IMG/VR virus record: IMGVR_UViG_3300035041_000109
Span: 1 to 41,021 of that record
DNA length: 41,021 bases
Reading direction: 5' to 3' (one strand)
DNA from: a virus
Lineage: Duplodnaviria; Caudoviricetes
The notes under the pieces: generated by a model
What the model saw: the letters and a program-made list of their open reading frames with translations, nothing else
What the model was told of the DNA's origin: nothing
The model's database searches: none
Shown: positions 38,295 to 41,021 of the stretch, one piece after another
Layout of the letters: each line of letters opens with the position of its first letter
Numbering within the stretch: position 1 is the first letter of the stretch
Made by a program: the position numbers and the translations under genes

Positions 38295-40009
38295 TAGATC
38301 TTTTCCTCCTATTCCCAGGGGAGAGCACCTGGCTTGAGGTTACCCATCTCATTCGAGCAGAGAGCTACACCCAAGAAGAGCAGATCATAAATGATGACCT
38401 TGCATCAGTCATTGATACAGCCTCCTGCAAGCTCAGCTACGATCAGCTTCTGGTGGCAAAATTTTTGTCTCTGGAACCTGGGCAAAAAGTATATGCCAAA
38501 GCCTTCAAAGATGGAAATCCTCATTTTTTTGGGTATGTTGCAACAGGCTTTGAGCACAAGAGTGATGAGTTCCAGGAGGACCTGAGCCTTGAGCTACGTG
38601 ATAACTCCTGGAGACTTGATACCAAGATTCCAGAAGATCTGCAGTACCCTTCATCCATAGATGATCCAGGAGTATCCATAGGGGTGTTGTTTGAATCACT
38701 GCTGCTCAATGCAGGCTACGAGCAATCAGAGATGGATCTTGAAGTAATTACAATGGCCACACATCTCGTGAGGATGGTGAGTATCAGAGCCAACAAACAA
38801 ACGTATCGGAATGTGCTCGATGAGGTGTTAGGCGAATACGGGTATGTACTCACCACCAAGCCTGACGGGACGCTCACGCTGTATGATTGGGATTCTAATG
38901 GGCTTAGCCCAAAGGGGACGATAGCAAGCAATGTGTCCACGGTCAGCCCGTTTACCGTGACAAAACAAGATACAGATCATGATGGGATCTTGCTCACTTG
39001 GTCAAAGGCAGAAGTGATCGATTCAGTCTGCTTGTACCAAGACAGCCTCCCTATTGGAAGTGATGGAATTCCTTCAGGGAAGGTCATTGAGCCTGGTGGA
39101 TATTATCCAGAGGATGCTGATGTAACGGATGTATTTCAAACCTACCGTACTCACTGGTTGGACCGGCCGTATCAAGAGAAGACTTCCAGGCTCAAGAATG
39201 AAGATATCTCGCTTTTATCAAGTGATCATCACGAGCTTATCTGGAGATCCGTTAGTGGGATAACCGCTACTGCCACCTATGAAGCCAAGAAAGCCCAAGT
39301 TGTCTTCCACAATCCCACAAGTGAGCCTCTCAAGCTCTTTGTCTTTGAAATATGGGGAAGGGCTTTGTATCGGCACAGCATACAGGAAACCTTTCTCCCA
39401 TCATCAGCTGCCAATCCAGAGACTGTGGAGGCGTATCATCTTTTTACCAAGGATGATGCTAAGCTGCACGCTAAGCGGCTTCATGAAAAGAATAGTTTCG
39501 GGAATATCTCCTATCAATTCGAGCTCTTTGATGATCTCTTTGAACTAGGAGATATTGTTCATCTCACCCAAGCTGATCCTCCCATAGACACAGATGTGCA
39601 GATCACAAAAAAACGCTGGACCGACGAGATCCCTGGAATCAGGTATCAGGCTGTGGGGATATCAGCCTTCGGAGATCTTCAGGCGATCACTTCCTCATAT
39701 TACACCTCCAAAAACACCGAGAAAGGTGATAAGGGAGATGATGCGATCATCCTGGTAGTGGTCTCTACAAACGGCAATATCTTTCGCCCTGCACTGACAG
39801 ATACGACGTTAGAGGCCAGAGTCTACCAGGGATCCCAAGAGATTACTGACAGGTATGATCCATCCCGCTTCAGATGGACTCGTAAATCGAATGACAGCAC
39901 TGCAGATGAGATCTGGAATTCTGCCCAGTATTCGGCCGGGGGCAAGAATATTCAGATTACCGATGACGATGTAGAACACAGAGCCACATTCTTTTGTGAG
40001 CTCATATAA
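38291..40009 (+). CDS. Tail tip/baseplate hub protein with C-terminal Ig-like module
   Basis: Follows the tape measure gene. Contains FELGDIV and C-terminal STNGNIF...FRWTRKS...ATFFCEL. Confidence 0.65.
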   Translation: MIDLFLLFPGESTWLEVTHLIRAESYTQEEQIINDDLASVIDTASCKLSYDQLLVAKFLSLEPGQKVYAKAFKDGNPHFFGYVATGFEHKSDEFQEDLSLELRDNSWRLDTKIPEDLQYPSSIDDPGVSIGVLFESLLLNAGYEQSEMDLEVITMATHLVRMVSIRANKQTYRNVLDEVLGEYGYVLTTKPDGTLTLYDWDSNGLSPKGTIASNVSTVSPFTVTKQDTDHDGILLTWSKAEVIDSVCLYQDSLPIGSDGIPSGKVIEPGGYYPEDADVTDVFQTYRTHWLDRPYQEKTSRLKNEDISLLSSDHHELIWRSVSGITATATYEAKKAQVVFHNPTSEPLKLFVFEIWGRALYRHSIQETFLPSSAANPETVEAYHLFTKDDAKLHAKRLHEKNSFGNISYQFELFDDLFELGDIVHLTQADPPIDTDVQITKKRWTDEIPGIRYQAVGISAFGDLQAITSSYYTSKNTEKGDKGDDAIILVVVSTNGNIFRPALTDTTLEARVYQGSQEITDRYDPSRFRWTRKSNDSTADEIWNSAQYSAGGKNIQITDDDVEHRATFFCELI

Positions 40010-40024
40010 AAGGAGAAAAGCACT

Positions 40025-41021
40025 ATGGCAGTATCAGTTGGCCAAATAACGATTATGGATTACAATGATGCCCTCACATTGACGGGCTTCATCACATCAA
40101 ATCTCCCTAAGACTCAGCGATATTCAGCAGACACCGGGACCTATACACCAGACTGGGGTGCGACATCCCTGGTGCTCACGCCCAGTTTGTTCATCCTGGG
40201 AAGCGGGACTGACAAGATCACAGACTCTGCAGTCCTCTCGGTCACCTGGGAGCGCAAACCCTCAGACCAGAGTTCTTTTGCAGCATTGAGTACTGGAGAA
40301 GCGGTATCAGGGGCTAAGAATCATATTCTCACTGTCAGCGCAAACAAGCTATTGGGAAATATTTCAGCGATCGAGTACCTGTGTACGATCATCTATCACG
40401 ACAGTGCCACGGGACTAGATCTCACCTACAAGATGAGCATCAACCTCTCAAAGGTCATCGATGGGAACAATATTGCGGTTGCTGCCGTCCATGCCCCGAG
40501 TGGAAATGTGTTCAAGAACTCAGAACCGAATGCTCTTTCAGCCAAGGCTGAATTGTATCGAGGAGCAACCCTTGATACCACACTGCTAAGCTATCAGTGG
40601 TTTAAGTATGCTCCGGGAAATGCCGATGAGGGGGCAGGTGCTGATTGGGATCAGCTGACTGGAGAGACGTCTGGCACGTTGACTGTCACCCCATCGATGG
40701 TAACGGGATTACAGCAATTTAAGGTGAAGATCACCGATAATGACAGTGCATCACCGACGAACGGAGACTCTTTCTTTGATGTGATTGCCTTTACCGACAT
40801 GACTGACCCCATCCAGGTGGTCATTGAATCTACTGCCGGAACGGTCTTCAAGAATGGGGTGGGAACCACAGATCTATCAGCAAAACTCTTTCGAAATGGA
40901 GAAGAGATTGATGCTGCCGGGACAGGCTACACGTATACCTGGACGATTACCGATAAGAATGGAACCTCCAGGAACTTTGCCGATGCCTCATCTTCGAAGA
41001 CCGGAAAGACGATCTCAGTGG
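40025..41021 (+). CDS. Tail fibre/spike-associated protein with Ig-like repeats (3' truncated by the window)
   Basis: AAGGAG RBS. MAVSVGQITIMDYND...YTPDW, with repeated GNVFKN...YQW and GTVFKNG...YTW modules. No stop codon seen before the window end. Confidence 0.75.
   Translation, partial: MAVSVGQITIMDYNDALTLTGFITSNLPKTQRYSADTGTYTPDWGATSLVLTPSLFILGSGTDKITDSAVLSVTWERKPSDQSSFAALSTGEAVSGAKNHILTVSANKLLGNISAIEYLCTIIYHDSATGLDLTYKMSINLSKVIDGNNIAVAAVHAPSGNVFKNSEPNALSAKAELYRGATLDTTLLSYQWFKYAPGNADEGAGADWDQLTGETSGTLTVTPSMVTGLQQFKVKITDNDSASPTNGDSFFDVIAFTDMTDPIQVVIESTAGTVFKNGVGTTDLSAKLFRNGEEIDAAGTGYTYTWTITDKNGTSRNFADASSSKTGKTISV

Noticed and set aside
1-41021. CRISPR array, DGR, rRNA/tRNA genes, lysis cassette
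   Set aside because: None seen: no regularly spaced repeats, RT, cloverleaf or holin/endolysin. Lysis genes probably lie beyond the right edge.

Overview
This window holds the left ~41 kb of a temperate Siphovirus-type phage or prophage, probably of a spirochaete (inferred from a spirochaete-like SSB and a lipoprotein signal peptide). Gene order: a disrupted endonuclease III (nth) remnant, an att-like site and tyrosine integrase, then an accessory block with a type III restriction-modification pair and a convergent TcmP/DUF5131 (methyltransferase-like plus Cx6Cx2C radical-SAM-like) pair. Next come a CI/RHH genetic switch, the recombination and replication module (YqaJ, RecT-like, RusA, SSB, initiator), a lipoprotein serine-protease moron, and the packaging and head genes. 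The minor head protein is a MuF fusion carrying both a HipA/PI-kinase-like domain and an R-S-E ADP-ribosyltransferase domain, followed by a likely immunity gene. A second accessory block contains a membrane protein and a three-gene operon of a Trp-rich small protein plus Septu-like PtuA and PtuB. The window ends with capsid, connector and tail genes, including a -1 frameshifted tail chaperone and a tail gene truncated at the edge. All family calls come from motif recognition by eye, not from database searches. No lysis genes or right attachment site are in the window.
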